Shown: positions 12,765 through 24,769 of the stretch, piece after piece
Layout of the letters: every line of letters starts with the position of its first letter
How positions within the stretch are numbered: the first letter of the stretch is position 1
DNA from: Heptranchias perlo
Taxonomy: Eukaryota
Length of the DNA: 64,000 nucleotides
NCBI RefSeq assembly: GCF_035084215.1
Contig: NC_090325.1
Span: 76,012,001 to 76,076,000 of the forward strand
Direction of reading: 5' to 3'
The notes under the pieces: model-generated
Database searches by the model: none
Seen by the model: only the letters and a program-made list of their open reading frames with translations
What the model was told of the DNA's origin: nothing
Position numbers and translations under genes: made by a program

Positions 12765-15099
12765 CATGTCTCTGAGAGAAGATTTTCATACATTCTGTGT
12801 TTAAGTCAAAATGCAATCTCAAAGACAGCCACCATGTGGGGTCTAACCATCAGAGGAAACTGCTTGGATGATATATCCGACAAAGATATCTGCAGCTAGC
12901 TGCCCTTGAACTGAGTGGGGATTGGCAAACTTCCCTGTTCTGGATGCCAATCCTGGTATTTGAAAATAACTCAAAAGCTCAGTATTAGCCAGGGCTCAAG
13001 TTGCAGCCTGCACTGTATTTTAGAATTGCATTCAACCAAAAAGGATGCCCATCCCAGCACAGCTCCCTGCAGCCAGCTAGAATTGGAGTCATCAGATCCT
13101 AACAGATCTTTTCCAGCTAGAAAAGCTGAGAGAATAGGTTTCCAGGAGGTTGAATTTAGACAAAAACAGTGAATATCTCACTTAATGAGGAAATATTCCT
13201 TATGACATTTTCTTGGGTCTTTCTGGATAAGTATTTTAGACTCAAAAAAACTTACCCCAGTCCCTAAATCATGGAAGCACCCCTTACATCCCCATGAAGA
13301 TTTAAGGGTTAATTTGTGTTATGACTGCAGACATTTCCTGTGTCACACTTTCTAACTTCCTGTGCCATGATTTTTGTCACATCATGTCTCTGTGAACCTT
13401 ATCTTGAGTAATGCCTGCTTACATGAATTTTAACAGGTCACATAGTCATGCCTGTTAAAATTGCCTGCCTTTCAGTCCTCCCACCACTGGTGGTGAAATT
13501 CTGTCTCCCAGCTACACAATGGAATCTGGCATGCTGCCATTGTTGACTTTATTTATTTAATATATTTGCTACTGGTATTTAATTAATTCTTTTTAATTTT
13601 GCACTGGTACTTATTTGATTCAGTTTAAAAATGGACTCAAGTTGTCAAGTCATCCTTCAGGACAACAGGACAGCATAAATGTGGCCTGAAGAACCTATAT
13701 CCAGCTTCTGGGGGAACTGGCCAGTTGTTATTATTTAATTAATTGATTTGCTGCCTGTATGTAATGAATTTATGTTCTCAACTTTGCCTCATTCTCCTAG
13801 CTATGTAATAGAATTTGGCTTCTCAGCCCTCTTTGGGCCCTTTTCTCTCCCGGTCCCTCTCCCGACTGTGCTGGCTTTTCAGCCTGCTTTGGGTCATTTT
13901 TCTTGCACCCTCCTTCCCAATCATGCTAGGACTTCAGCCTTCTTCAGGCCTTTTTCTCTCCCAATTCCGCACCCAACCATGTTGGGATTTCAACTCCCTT
14001 CTAAATCTGCTTCTGTGAATCCACCTGAAATCTTTATAGTTCAGTGGGCATTTCAACACCACCCTAAAAATCACTCTTTCTGTCAACTATTCCCTTTTCT
14101 ACTATCCTCCAAGTCACATCTCAAAACTTCTGACACCTTCTGCTCCAATATATTCCAACTCTCCTATTACTTTCCTGTGCCCTGCTATGTCCCAGCAGTA
14201 TCTTGAGTGGGTGTTAGGGGCCATTTATGGGCTACCCTGAGAATTCCACCCAGCTCACCCCAGTTATTACAATGCCTGCTGAGAACAGATATGGGATCTT
14301 TTGTGAGCCTCATGAAGGCCCCAAAGATGTTGATGCTAAAAGTAATCAATCCCAGTGGGAAGAATGAATCTTAAAATAGTCTTTGTTTGTACATATCAAC
14401 GAGAAGTCGCATCCATTTTCAAAAACAGATGTTTGCTGTTGATTAACTGTGAGCATAGCAAAAACTCAAGCTGGTGGCTGTTTACAGTGTGAATCACAAC
14501 TTCTGATTTGCATCTACAAACTGAACAGATGTCAAATTGCAGATTTGTTCCCTGACAAGACCCAACAGTAATGTTGATCAAGCACAGCCACTTTTGCAAA
14601 ATGCTGGTCTGCAGAGTTCTCAGTTAGTTAATGTTATGGTTTGAGCTTTTTGAACACCATTTCTCTTCTAACAGTTGTACCAAGCGACTGTGGAATTGGC
14701 TACACCCCGCTTAATCAGGTATCAGATGTCATTTGTTTTATAGCCCAGGGCTAGCAATTATCCTATTTAGCAGTAACATTGCACACTGGTATTTGCTTAG
14801 TATTCTCACTACATCTCCCATCAAACTGGATAAAATACTACGCACACTTCATACAGAGTAAAACTAATAATTGGATTTAACACACTTACAGAAGTAACGA
14901 TATTGGGGAAATACTATACAGTGCAATAACTGTATAAAATGAGCTAAAAACAGTCCACATATAGTGAATTTATTCTTTTCAAGCTTCAGACTTTCTCCAG
15001 ATAAAAAATAAAGATTCCTACAAAATTTCTTGCAGCTTTTTTATTGATTTTTGGGAATGGAACTGTTTCATTCGACGAGCCTTCTCCTATCACTCGCTA

Positions 15100-15990
15100 A
15101 ACAACAACAATAACTTGCATGTAAAGCTTTTGAAACATCACAAGCTGCTTCACAGAAGCATAATCAGACAAAATGGAAGCTGAGCCCAAGAAGAAAATAT
15201 TAGGAGGGGTGACAAAAAGCTTACATAGAATTACATAAAATGTACAGTTCAGAAATAGGCCATTCCACACATGGTGCTCCACACATTCCTCCTTCCACCC
15301 CTCTTCATCTAACTGAATCAGCATAACCTTCTATTCCTTTCTCCCTCATGTATTTAACTATCTTCCCCTTAATCAAAGAGGTAGGTTTTAAGGAGGGTAT
15401 TAAAGGTGGAGAGGGAGGTGGACAGGCAAAAAGGTTTAGGAAGGGAATTAGAGCACAGAGCCTGAATGGCTAAGGCACGCTGCTAATAGTGGGGCGAAGG
15501 TGGGGGGGTGTGTCATAAGAAGCCAGAGTTGGAGGAATGCAAAGTTCTGAAAGCGGGGGGCGGGGTGGTGGTTTGTAGGATTGGAGAAGTTACAGAGATA
15601 GGGAGGGACAAGGCCATGAACAAATTTAAACATAAGGATGAGAATTTTATACATGAGGTGCTAGGGGACTGGAGCCAATTTACATCGAATTTTACAGCAC
15701 AAAAATAGGCCATTTGGCCCAACAGGTCTATGGCAGTGTTTATGCACCACATGAGCCTCCTCCCACCTTACTTCATCACACCATATCAACATATCCTTCT
15801 ATTCCTTTCTCCATCATGTATTTATCTAGCTTCTCTTTAAATGCATCTATGCCAATTGCCTCAACGATTCCACGTGGTAGTGAGTTCCACATTCTAACCA
15901 CTCTCTGAATAAAGAATTTAGGTCAGCGGGGACACGGGTGATGGCTGAGTGGGACTTGGTGGGGATAGGAAATGGGCAGCAGAGTTTTGG
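15100..15990 (-). mobile_element. L2 3' region with two small CR1-type tails nested inside
   Basis: KILILMFKFVHGLVPPYLCNF (ORF 15448-15654); CR1-like tails at ~15225-15370 and ~15680-15920. Confidence 0.6.
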
Positions 15991-16689
15991 AATGCAATCA
16001 GACTGCAATCTCAAAGTAGATGCTTCAGGTAAAGGTGTAAAACATAGAGAGCCTGAAATTCACAGGGCTTTGTAAGAAGGTGCAAGTATGGCAGTTTAGG
16101 ATTTCTGCCTGCCACTTTGCAGACCCACTGACCTCATCCCAAATCCTAGGGGATCATTTTTAGGGTGGGAAATCCACACCTTCTGAGGCACAACAGCGGT
16201 GCCTGCCCTGAGGTGGCAGCACAAAATCAGAATGAAACCCTGCCCCTCAAAGGGGGGAGCCTGAGGCCCTTATTGAGCCAAATATTTAAACTATAAAAAA
16301 ATCTTCACTGTTTTGGCCCAATTTCTTCATAAAATTAGATATTTCCGCTCCCCCCATTGTACCTTTTTTATTTTTTAAAAATTTAATTGATCTGGCTACA
16401 GCTTTTACCCTGATCATAAATCATAAATCCGTCCCACAGGGTGAATTGTGAAAGATGGGCACTGCAATAGTGTGAATATAGTTTTATCTAATTGTGCATT
16501 ACATGTATAAAGTGTAAACCAGCTGTCTCAGTTTTCCTGTGTAAAATCCTAACCAGCTCCAGCTATCTGTGCATTGGGGTATGTTCAGCCTTTTGTCTTA
16601 CTTTCTTGCGGCCACCCTCGGGTCTCCTCAGCTCTGCTAACCGGTGCTGATTTTCTGACAACCGCCAACTCTTTGGAAAACATTCCTGC

Positions 16690-16815
16690 CCTCTGACTCA
16701 CCAGAGATAAAATCACAAACCCTGAGCAGCTGAAGCTAAAACTCTCCTGGTCCACAAAAGACTTGTAGCAACTTGGAGCTTACAGGAGTTTTGAAATTTC
16801 CATCCTCAGAGCGAA
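16690..16815 (+). promoter_or_regulatory. FGL1: Putative FGL1 proximal promoter and non-coding exon 1
   Basis: TGACTCA (16694-16700), TATA-like GATAAAA (16706-16712), consensus donor GAA|GTAAGT at 16815/16816, then a 136-nt intron to the acceptor at 16951. The start site is inferred. Confidence 0.55.
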
Positions 16816-16961
16816 GTAAGTCTTTGTCTTTCTGATAGTTATTCCAAGTATTTTATGCTATTTTCAGTGTTCATGTTATAGATCCAAAATCTCAGTCTCG
16901 CAATGTTGACCTGCTGGGATGATTTCTTTTTCATTTTATGTTTATTAACAGAAATTCCGAA

Positions 16962-17030
16962 ATGCAGCGTGTCTACCTTTCTGTGTGTTCCCTGCTCGTG
17001 TGCATCTTGTTGTTGAGCTGCTGCCGCTTG
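16962..17030 (+). CDS. FGL1: FGL1 coding exon 1: signal peptide MQRVYLSVCSLLVCILLLSCCRL
   Basis: Acceptor ttaacag ends at 16951; ATG in gaaATGc context; hydrophobic core; donor TTG|GTAAGT; phase 0 matches the next exon. Confidence 0.85.
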
Positions 17031-18052
17031 GTAAGTGAGTTCAATGCGATGGAAAGCGGAGCCGGGCTTTTGCTATCCCCCCCTCTCATCTTCAATGAGG
17101 AGACCTCAAACTCAAAAGCTGCAGCCTGAAAGCAAAAGACACGGCTAAAAATTTTATACAATGTTTGTTCAGACCGTCCCCAATACTTAAATAAGGTGAC
17201 GGTGGAATAACCCTTTCGTAAAAGACAGAGTGGATGTGGATTGAAAGCTGTGCTGTGCCAGATGTTTTCTATTGTGGAGCTGAGACCGAGCACAGACATT
17301 CCACTTACAAACCGCGTTGACCTCGGCTCTGCCTCTCCCCCCACCTCCTCACAGTCGCTGCCAGTCGGAACCACCACTTCTATCTGAACCTTGCACTTCT
17401 TGTAAACACTGATCGAGCTGCAGGGAACGATTCACTCCGTTTGGACGCTGCCTTTGAGCAGCTACACTGGCAAGAGAGCAACATCCCTACCAAGGAATTG
17501 TCAGTACTTTGGGGAAATGGAATTACCCTGTGACATTTTTGTCGTAATGACGAGCAGGTCACAGAAGGTTTTTAACAAAAAAAGGCCCAATTTGTTGTAG
17601 TTCATGTCACCATGTTGCGGTCTGTTGTTGTTTGATTCGGACTGCTATGAATAGAAAATGCTCCACTTATGCAGTCAGACATATCTTGAACATCAGTTAG
17701 ATGGAACTTTTAGCTTGGTACAATGGTCCTGGCAGTGTTTCTGAATTTTAAAAGTTTGTTTTTCTCCATAACAACAGGAAACTAATTATTAGTGACTTTG
17801 ATTTCTCTTTTGCTGTTATAATGGGAGCTCCTACAATTACCGAGATGTAACTTTGTAAAAGTTGATGTTAGGTTTACAGCTGTGTAACATTAATTTTAAA
17901 AATAGGGTTAAAAACAAATTCAAGAAATATCAAATGCAGCAAGACAGAGATTAGAGTCTTGATAATTTCCTAGGGCTATTTGAGCACAGGAATATATTCC
18001 TGTTTGTCAGGAAAGTAAGAGTTCTGAATGACTGTCTTGTTTGATTCTGTAG

Positions 18053-18239
18053 GCACCAGCTGACTGTCAGCAGGAGCAAGAAAGACTTAGGGCTCAGGTG
18101 AAAGCTCTGGAACTTCGGATCAAACAGCAGCAACTGCAGATTGAGCGCATCTTAAGTGAAAGGGAAAATGTGCATGGCATCGGTGCTTCAGAAGTCGATG
18201 AAACTACAAAAAATCTTGGAGGAAGAAAGCTCTTTGCAG
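18053..18239 (+). CDS. FGL1: FGL1 coding exon 2: coiled coil (APADCQQEQERLRAQVKALELRIKQQQLQIERIL...GRKLFA)
   Basis: Acceptor ttctgtag; 187 nt, phase 0 to 1; closely resembles recalled human FGL1 DCAQEQMRLRAQVRLLETRVKQQQ. Confidence 0.93.
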
Positions 18240-18899
18240 GTCACACATATTTTAGTTTAGTTTTAACCCTAAAATATCTACAGGCATAAAACTATGTTGA
18301 TAGACACTGAGATTAAAAAACACAAATGCTGAAAATAAACAAACAGAAAATACTGGACTTGCACAAATCACACAGCATATGAAAGAAAAGAACAGGATGT
18401 TTCAGTTTGAACCCTTCATCAGTTCAGTAACATCCAAACACAGAATTAGCAACCTGGTTAAAACCTGGTTGAAGGAAGTTCCATGTAATAATCATGTATT
18501 AATATTGATGAATGGGTCCTAACACTCCTTTTCAAATTGCATTGAATCTCCTATGTCAGGCAAAATACATTTTCCGAGTGTCAGCATTTACCGATTGTAC
18601 CTGTTACATGTGGAGTTGGTGCTCCAATAACTGATTTAAATGTTAACCTGCCACATAATGTTAGTTGAAAGAACAAATAGTTCCTACTGTACAGTCTTGA
18701 TGCAAATAAGCGTATAGCTTCCCACCATGCTAAGCCACCATCTTCCCAGCAACGTATTCTTCTGAAGCCACAATAAGAGACATAGGGCCAGATTTAAAGC
18801 CCTTTTCACAGTTATAAGAATTCAATGGAGGTATAAGATTAAATACCAATTATACAGAAAGATTAAGCAACCAGCTATATAAGATGCCTTAGCTTTCTA

Positions 18900-19357
18900 C
18901 AATGAGGAGAGATTTGGCCGACTCGGCCTCTATTCACTCAAGTTTAGAAGAATGAGAGGGGAATCTCATTGAAACATATAAAATTCTGACAGGGCTAGAC
19001 AGACTGGATGCAGGGAGGATAGTTCCCCTGGTGGGGGAGGGGGGGTCCAGAACGAGGGGTCACAGTCTCAGGATACGGGATAAGACATTTAGGACTGAGA
19101 TGAGGAGAAATTTCTTCACTCAGAGGGTGGTGAACCTGTGGAATTCTCTACCACAGAAGGCTGTGGAGGCCAAGTCACTGAATATATTTAAGAGGGAGCT
19201 CGATAGATTTCTAGACACAAAAGGCATCAAGGGGCATGGGGAGAGAGCGGAATACGGAATTGAGAAAGAGGATCAGCCATGATCATATTGAATGGCGGAG
19301 CAGGCTCGAAGGGCCGAATAGCCTACTCCTGCTCCTATTTTCTATGTTTCTGTGTTT
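18900..19357 (+). mobile_element. CR1 LINE 3' fragment (FGL1 intron)
   Basis: TRGHSLRIR..RRNFFTQRVVNLWNSLP plus a (tttctatg)n-like tail. Confidence 0.9.
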
Positions 19358-20207
19358 CAAGAGCCATCCCCTATCATTGTTGTCTGTTCGTGGCCCTAAG
19401 TACCTAATCCTTCTGGAGGCATGCTTAATGGAGTGGTGTGGCTCAAGCCTTGGTGCTCCCAGCCGTGTTGGAAGTCTGATGTACGAGGTCATCGTGACAG
19501 CAGTGGCACCCCACAGTTCACGATGTGCTCCCACCACCCTTTCCAGTCGGCCCCTGAATGTTCTCCATTGTAAACCAGTTTTATTCATTAGTTCTGTATG
19601 AATTTAAAATGAAACACAGCCACCTTTGAGTGTGGCCTGACCCACAGCACTGCACTGTCTGCCTGTAATCCCATTCTCTGTCAATAGATTATCATTCACC
19701 CCCCGCGCCCAGAAGCTTTGAACCCGTGATATCCCTTTTGCTCAGCCCGCATATCACATCCCTCCTCCAGCTGAGACAGTTATGAGACCAGGCAGTTTTG
19801 ATGTCCCGATTCAGCTCCATTGCCCCCTGGTAGCAGCAGTTCCCCAATGTGTAACCCCACCCCGGTGAGATATCTGCAATCCATTCCCCAGCTCAATTTC
19901 TTTTGTGCCCACCCTGCCACTGAGGGAGTTGTTGCCCGCCCCAGTGAAATGAATCCCTTCCCTTCCTCCCACTGAGAGAAATTCCCTGTCCTTGCATCCC
20001 TTCACCATTTCCTCCTCCTCATCCTCCCCCGTCCCCTCCTCTTCCCCTGTTGCCTCACTCCCTCTCCCTTCCCCAACCCTGTCCTCCTCTCTATTTCCTG
20101 TCCTTCACCCCATTACCCCACACTCATTCCCCCATCCGTCATCCTTCTACCTCCTCCTCCCCTCATAAATAATACTGACTACTTTTGGGATTTTATTTTT
20201 CATGAAG

Positions 20208-20367
20208 ATTGTGCAGAGACCTACAACAGTGGAAATAGGCGGAGTGGATTTTACAGAATTCAGCCTCTGGCATCTCCCACAAGCTTCCTCGTGTACTGTG
20301 ACATGACAGAAGGTGGTGGCTGGACTGTCATCCAGAGACGGACTGATGGCAGTGAAAACTTTGACAG
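20208..20367 (+). CDS. FGL1: FGL1 coding exon 3: start of the fibrinogen-related domain (DCAETYNSG...VYCDMTEGGGWTVIQRRTDGSENFDR)
   Basis: Canonical FReD motif; 160 nt, phase 1 to 2; AG/GT borders. Confidence 0.96.
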
Positions 20368-22418
20368 GTTCGGGACTGTTTTCAAACAAATAACATTAGA
20401 TAACACATCCTGAGTGCTTTTGCAGAAATGAATGTCAGACCAAAAAAAAAGATTTAAAACAAAATGAAGAAGAATAATAAACAAACAAAAAAAATCACAA
20501 TGTATCTGATGGACATGGGGATGATGTGTTTATTGTACTGCTGAGGTTACCCTGTAAAACTCACTCAAATATTACTAATCCTTCTGTCTTATGGTTGAAG
20601 CTTATAACCTTCCTTCCCAAATGATGTATGTCAAATTTTCTATCAAAATTTGCTTAAACCTGAAGTTGCTGTTATCAGAAATTAACCTTTGCACCTGTTA
20701 TTAATTGAGCTGGAGCTTTCATGTTTTATGGGAGTAAAATGTTTCTTATGTTGTGTTGCTTTGATAGGGTAACCTCTAAAACAAATCACAATTGTTTTTA
20801 CAAAAACAATGTAAGCATTTGAAATTTGCTGTAAAAATATGATGTATGTTAAAGTTTAATCAGTTATTTTAGGTACTCTGAACATAGAGGAGTAACTTAT
20901 TCATTTGTACAAAATCAGTTTTCATTGAAGTGGTAATTATAAAATAAATGCAACTTCTACAAAGGTGTAACTTACATGGATTTTACAACAGGTATCTCAA
21001 TGGGAAAATCCTTTGCCTGACAATCAGAGCTTTTAAAAGTAAATAACACTTCAGTTTATTATATTTCACTAACACACTATCAACACAATATGAGATTTGT
21101 GCTTTGTGACCAAAGGTCACCAATAAATGAAGAACATTTCACTTCCTCAGGAAACAAAAGTTGCTTTTGTCTGATTTGCTTTTAAAGAATCTCACCCATC
21201 CAAATTCTTATCACTTTAGTAGCAAGCAGTTAAAATGTATTATACTTAATCAAGATTATCATTTGATTTTAAAAAATTGTTTAAAATTGGGTTTGATGGC
21301 AGCATTGTGGAACTGGTTTGGAGGAATTTTTGATGCCCTATTATTAGAAGTAAACAGTAGTCAAATTTCCCATAACAATCCTAACTGGTTATTTCCAAAT
21401 GCTGTAAAGTTCTGCCAATGTAACTTGGCAGGATGTGAGAGATAAATTGTTGTAGAGAAGGTTGGAAACAGTGGGAATATGAGTAGCTGTTTTTGAATAC
21501 GTGCCTCTGGAGCTGACAATGTCACTTATACCTCATTTATATGGAATAGGAGCATAGGAATGTGCAGACCATTGTGATCTATCAATTCAGTCCCAGCAAA
21601 AATATATTTTTTGATTTATGTAATATATGGGGATTTTATTGTCATTTAGTCTGTCCTGTTTACACCAAAGGCCAAATTCAGCAAAAACAGATGACTATGC
21701 TTGTGTGATCTCTTAGCCTACCTGAGGATCTGAGTTTGGCACTGCCAGTGTCCACTGTTTACATTTGCCACTGTCAGAACCAAGCAAAATCTTCTTTTAC
21801 TGGGAGTCTTGATGTTTCGAAAGGCACTGGCACCACTTTGTTTACTTTACAGAGCCAATTTAAGCCTCAGCATAAATAATGTAAGACAACCTGCTTTAAT
21901 GATCGTACCTATTGATTTGAATTCAGCTCACTCACTCTGGTGGCTCCTTCAAATACTTCCAGATAGTTCCGCCAATTAAGCCTTCACTCATTGTTTGCAA
22001 AAATTGAAGAAATCAACAAAAATGGACAGGGACGGTTAATTATATTTCTAAATTATTAATTTTTACTGAAGGCTGCAGTCCCCTTTTAAGCCAAATAGTC
22101 AATGTTAACTCCTGAAATTAAAATTTTTATGTTTTGCTCCTTTATTTTCTCCTGAAATAATTGTTAATTGCCATCTGCTGAAGTGGCTTTCAAGACACCA
22201 TTGCAAGCTTGGAAATAGCTAACCCCCGACCAGAATTTAAAGGGGTGCTGTAAACAGGCCAGAATTCTGGCAGAACCGTATTCTTCTCTAAATTCCTGCC
22301 CCCTGACAGAAATCTTAGTTATCTTCCCAAATCCAGGAATTTTGGGGCCAATATCTTTGTTTTATACAGGGTTACTATTTAAATACAATTAATGCAGTTG
22401 ATGTGGTGTTTTCTTATC

Positions 22419-22510
22419 TAATTAATTATGGATATTCAGGCATAATTAATAATGGATACGGGTGTATAATTAATAATGGATGCACATATATATAATTAAT
22501 AATACATGTG
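22419..22510. repeat. Degenerate ~24-bp minisatellite (TAATTAATAATGGAT head plus variable tail), ~4 units
   Basis: Units start at 22419, 22443, 22467 and 22493. Confidence 0.75.
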
Positions 22511-22840
22511 CACTTTTGTCAAGCTTGAAGACAGATAAGACTACCACATGCAGTTCATATGACATCATCCCATTATAACATCCTGAGCTTATCAGCAGTT
22601 GAGTACTCAATCTTGCCTTGCACTAAGTCATTTTTCGGAATTCAGGTAAGGTTTGGTTTACCGTCCACAACATACAGATTTTCTATAAGGCATTAAATCC
22701 TGCTTTGAAATAACCCTAGCAGAGCAATATATCTAAGCTTCCATTACTAGTTAGTCCTTTCTGATGCACACTGTAGTATGGTAGCCTGTTTTACTTCTAA
22801 TAAACAATGAAATATAATACATTGCTCATTTTTAATCTAG

Positions 22841-22938
22841 AGTCTGGTCTGATTACAAGCAAGGTTTTGGAAACTTCCAATCTGTCAATGGAGAATATTG
22901 GATTGGAAATGATAACCTGAATTATCTTACATCCCAGG
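22841..22938 (+). CDS. FGL1: FGL1 coding exon 4 (VWSDYKQGFGNFQSVNGEYWIGNDNLNYLTSQ)
   Basis: Acceptor aatctag, donor G|GTGAGT; 98 nt, phase 2 to 1. Confidence 0.96.
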
Positions 22939-23754
22939 GTGAGTATTCCAATATCTTTTTATACAATGAGCTGTAACATTTTGTAAGTGAAATATAAATT
23001 GATGTTTCGGGTTACAATAGCTGCTTTGATCTCCTAGCAGATTTCTCATGACAAAAAAAGCAAATCTACTACCTTCAGGGTTTAAAACAAAGTGAACACT
23101 GCACAAAAGGCATGCCCGTGTGACCCTGGCACCCAGCATAACTAAGGGCTTCAGAGGGGGATTTAAGAGTTAAAAGGCTAATTTCCTTACTGCAGTTGAT
23201 CAGGCATTTTTTTTATTTTTAAAATTGATTGTGCAGCACAGCTGGACCCACTAATGCTGCAGTAGGGTGCACAGTGAGTTTCCATCCCTACTCCTGAGGC
23301 GGGCACCCCAGTTGTGCCATGAATGGCATGGTCACCTGTCCAAAATATGTAAATGTCTCATCCCTGGAAAGTGGGCTGGGGCCAGAAAAGTGTCCATGGG
23401 GCAGGCAGAAGTTCTTTCCCACCCTAGAACTGCCTCCAAAAGCCCTCCAGCGAAATGTCTGACCTGCCATATAATAAAAATATCATCAAAGAAATTAATG
23501 TTCTGGCTTTTCCCCCTCAGTGGTACAAAAGAGTCTCCTACTATAATTTATTGGTTTTCAGCATTTCAAAACTATAGGAATCTTTATCATCCCCTGAACT
23601 TCCTTCTTTTGACGATCTTAAGGATATTAAAACTCAAGCTTGGCATCACCATATCACAACTTTCTAATATACATTACCTTCCCTTTTACTCTTCTCAATC
23701 TTGGTCGTTGTGACAAAAATAGAATTTTTGTCCATTTTTTAAAAAGTTATTTTT

Positions 23755-24170
23755 GTGATGTGGGTGTCACTGGCAAAGCCGATATTTTTTGCCCATCTCT
23801 AGTTGCCTTAAGAAGGTGATGGCGGGCCTTCTTCCTGAACCAATGCAGTCCATTGGTTTGATACAACTGAGTGGCTTGCTTGACTACTTCAGAGGGCAGT
23901 TAAGAGTCATCCATGTCGGTGTGGGACTGGAGTCACATATAGGCTACATTGGGTAACAACAACAGCTTTCCTTCCCTGAAGGACATTGGTAAACCAGTTG
24001 GATTTTATGACAACCCAACAGCTTCACAGCTACGTTTACTGATACCAGCTTTTTTTATTTCCAGATTTTATTTTAAACTGAATTCAATTCTCAAATTGCC
24101 ATGGTGGGATTTGAATCCTGATTCGCTGGATTATTAGTGTAGTAACGTAGCCACTACACTACCCATCCCC
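23755..24170 (-). mobile_element. tRNA-derived SINE whose 3' tail is shared with the LINE at 28405
   Basis: Minus-strand tRNA-like head (gtagtgtagtggct...ggattcaaatccc); tail ...caccttcttaaggcaactagagatgggca...gccagtgacacccacatc resembles 29634-29735. Confidence 0.75.
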
Positions 24171-24769
24171 TGCAGTCCATAGCAACGCTGGACACCAGGG
24201 TGCAAGGGCATCTCTTATATGCAACATTGCTGGGACACAAATGACAGAAAATATGTTGTATGATCTAATCCCACCTTTTGCCTTCCATTATAATACACCC
24301 ACCCATATCTGGGTAAACATATAAGAGGCAATTTCAACTCCTCGAGCAGGAAGCCAGTGATATGCCCACCCAGGAGTCTCTGTGGGAGGCCTGGTTGATA
24401 TTAACTGCTGGGCCTCATTTACATCGCACTGGCCAACTGCCTGCCTGAAACAGCATAAAGAGGCAGCTGGCTGTTTGCCAGCAGGCGAAGATTGTGCAGC
24501 CCAGAGGCTAGCCGCCAGCACTCAGGTAAGTTGTCGGGCAGTTTGGCAGGGTTTTGCAGTTTGGAAGGGAGAGGGGAACACAAGGCGACAGATGCCCAGA
24601 CTTACCGTGTGGGGCCCGGAGAAGCACTTCTGCTCCTCCTGGCCGCATAAAGAAAAGTTTAAAACTTACTTTCTTTCCAGATAGGTTTTATTGGGTGCCC
24701 TGCTCAGTACGCCACAAAAATGCCATCGTGCTCCTATGTACATCATAGGACTCTGCTTTGCACATACTA

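Noticed and set aside
13426-13462. 12-bp inverted repeat aattttaacagg/cctgttaaaatt
   Set aside because: Short, and appears to sit in MITE-like decayed sequence; no independent sign of function.
16914-16919. CTGGGA IL-6-response-like hexamer in FGL1 intron 1
   Set aside because: A single 6-mer is expected by chance and there is no supporting evidence.
22419-22510. CRISPR-like repeat-spacer pattern
   Set aside because: Vertebrate intron, spacers of only ~10 nt, and no cas genes.
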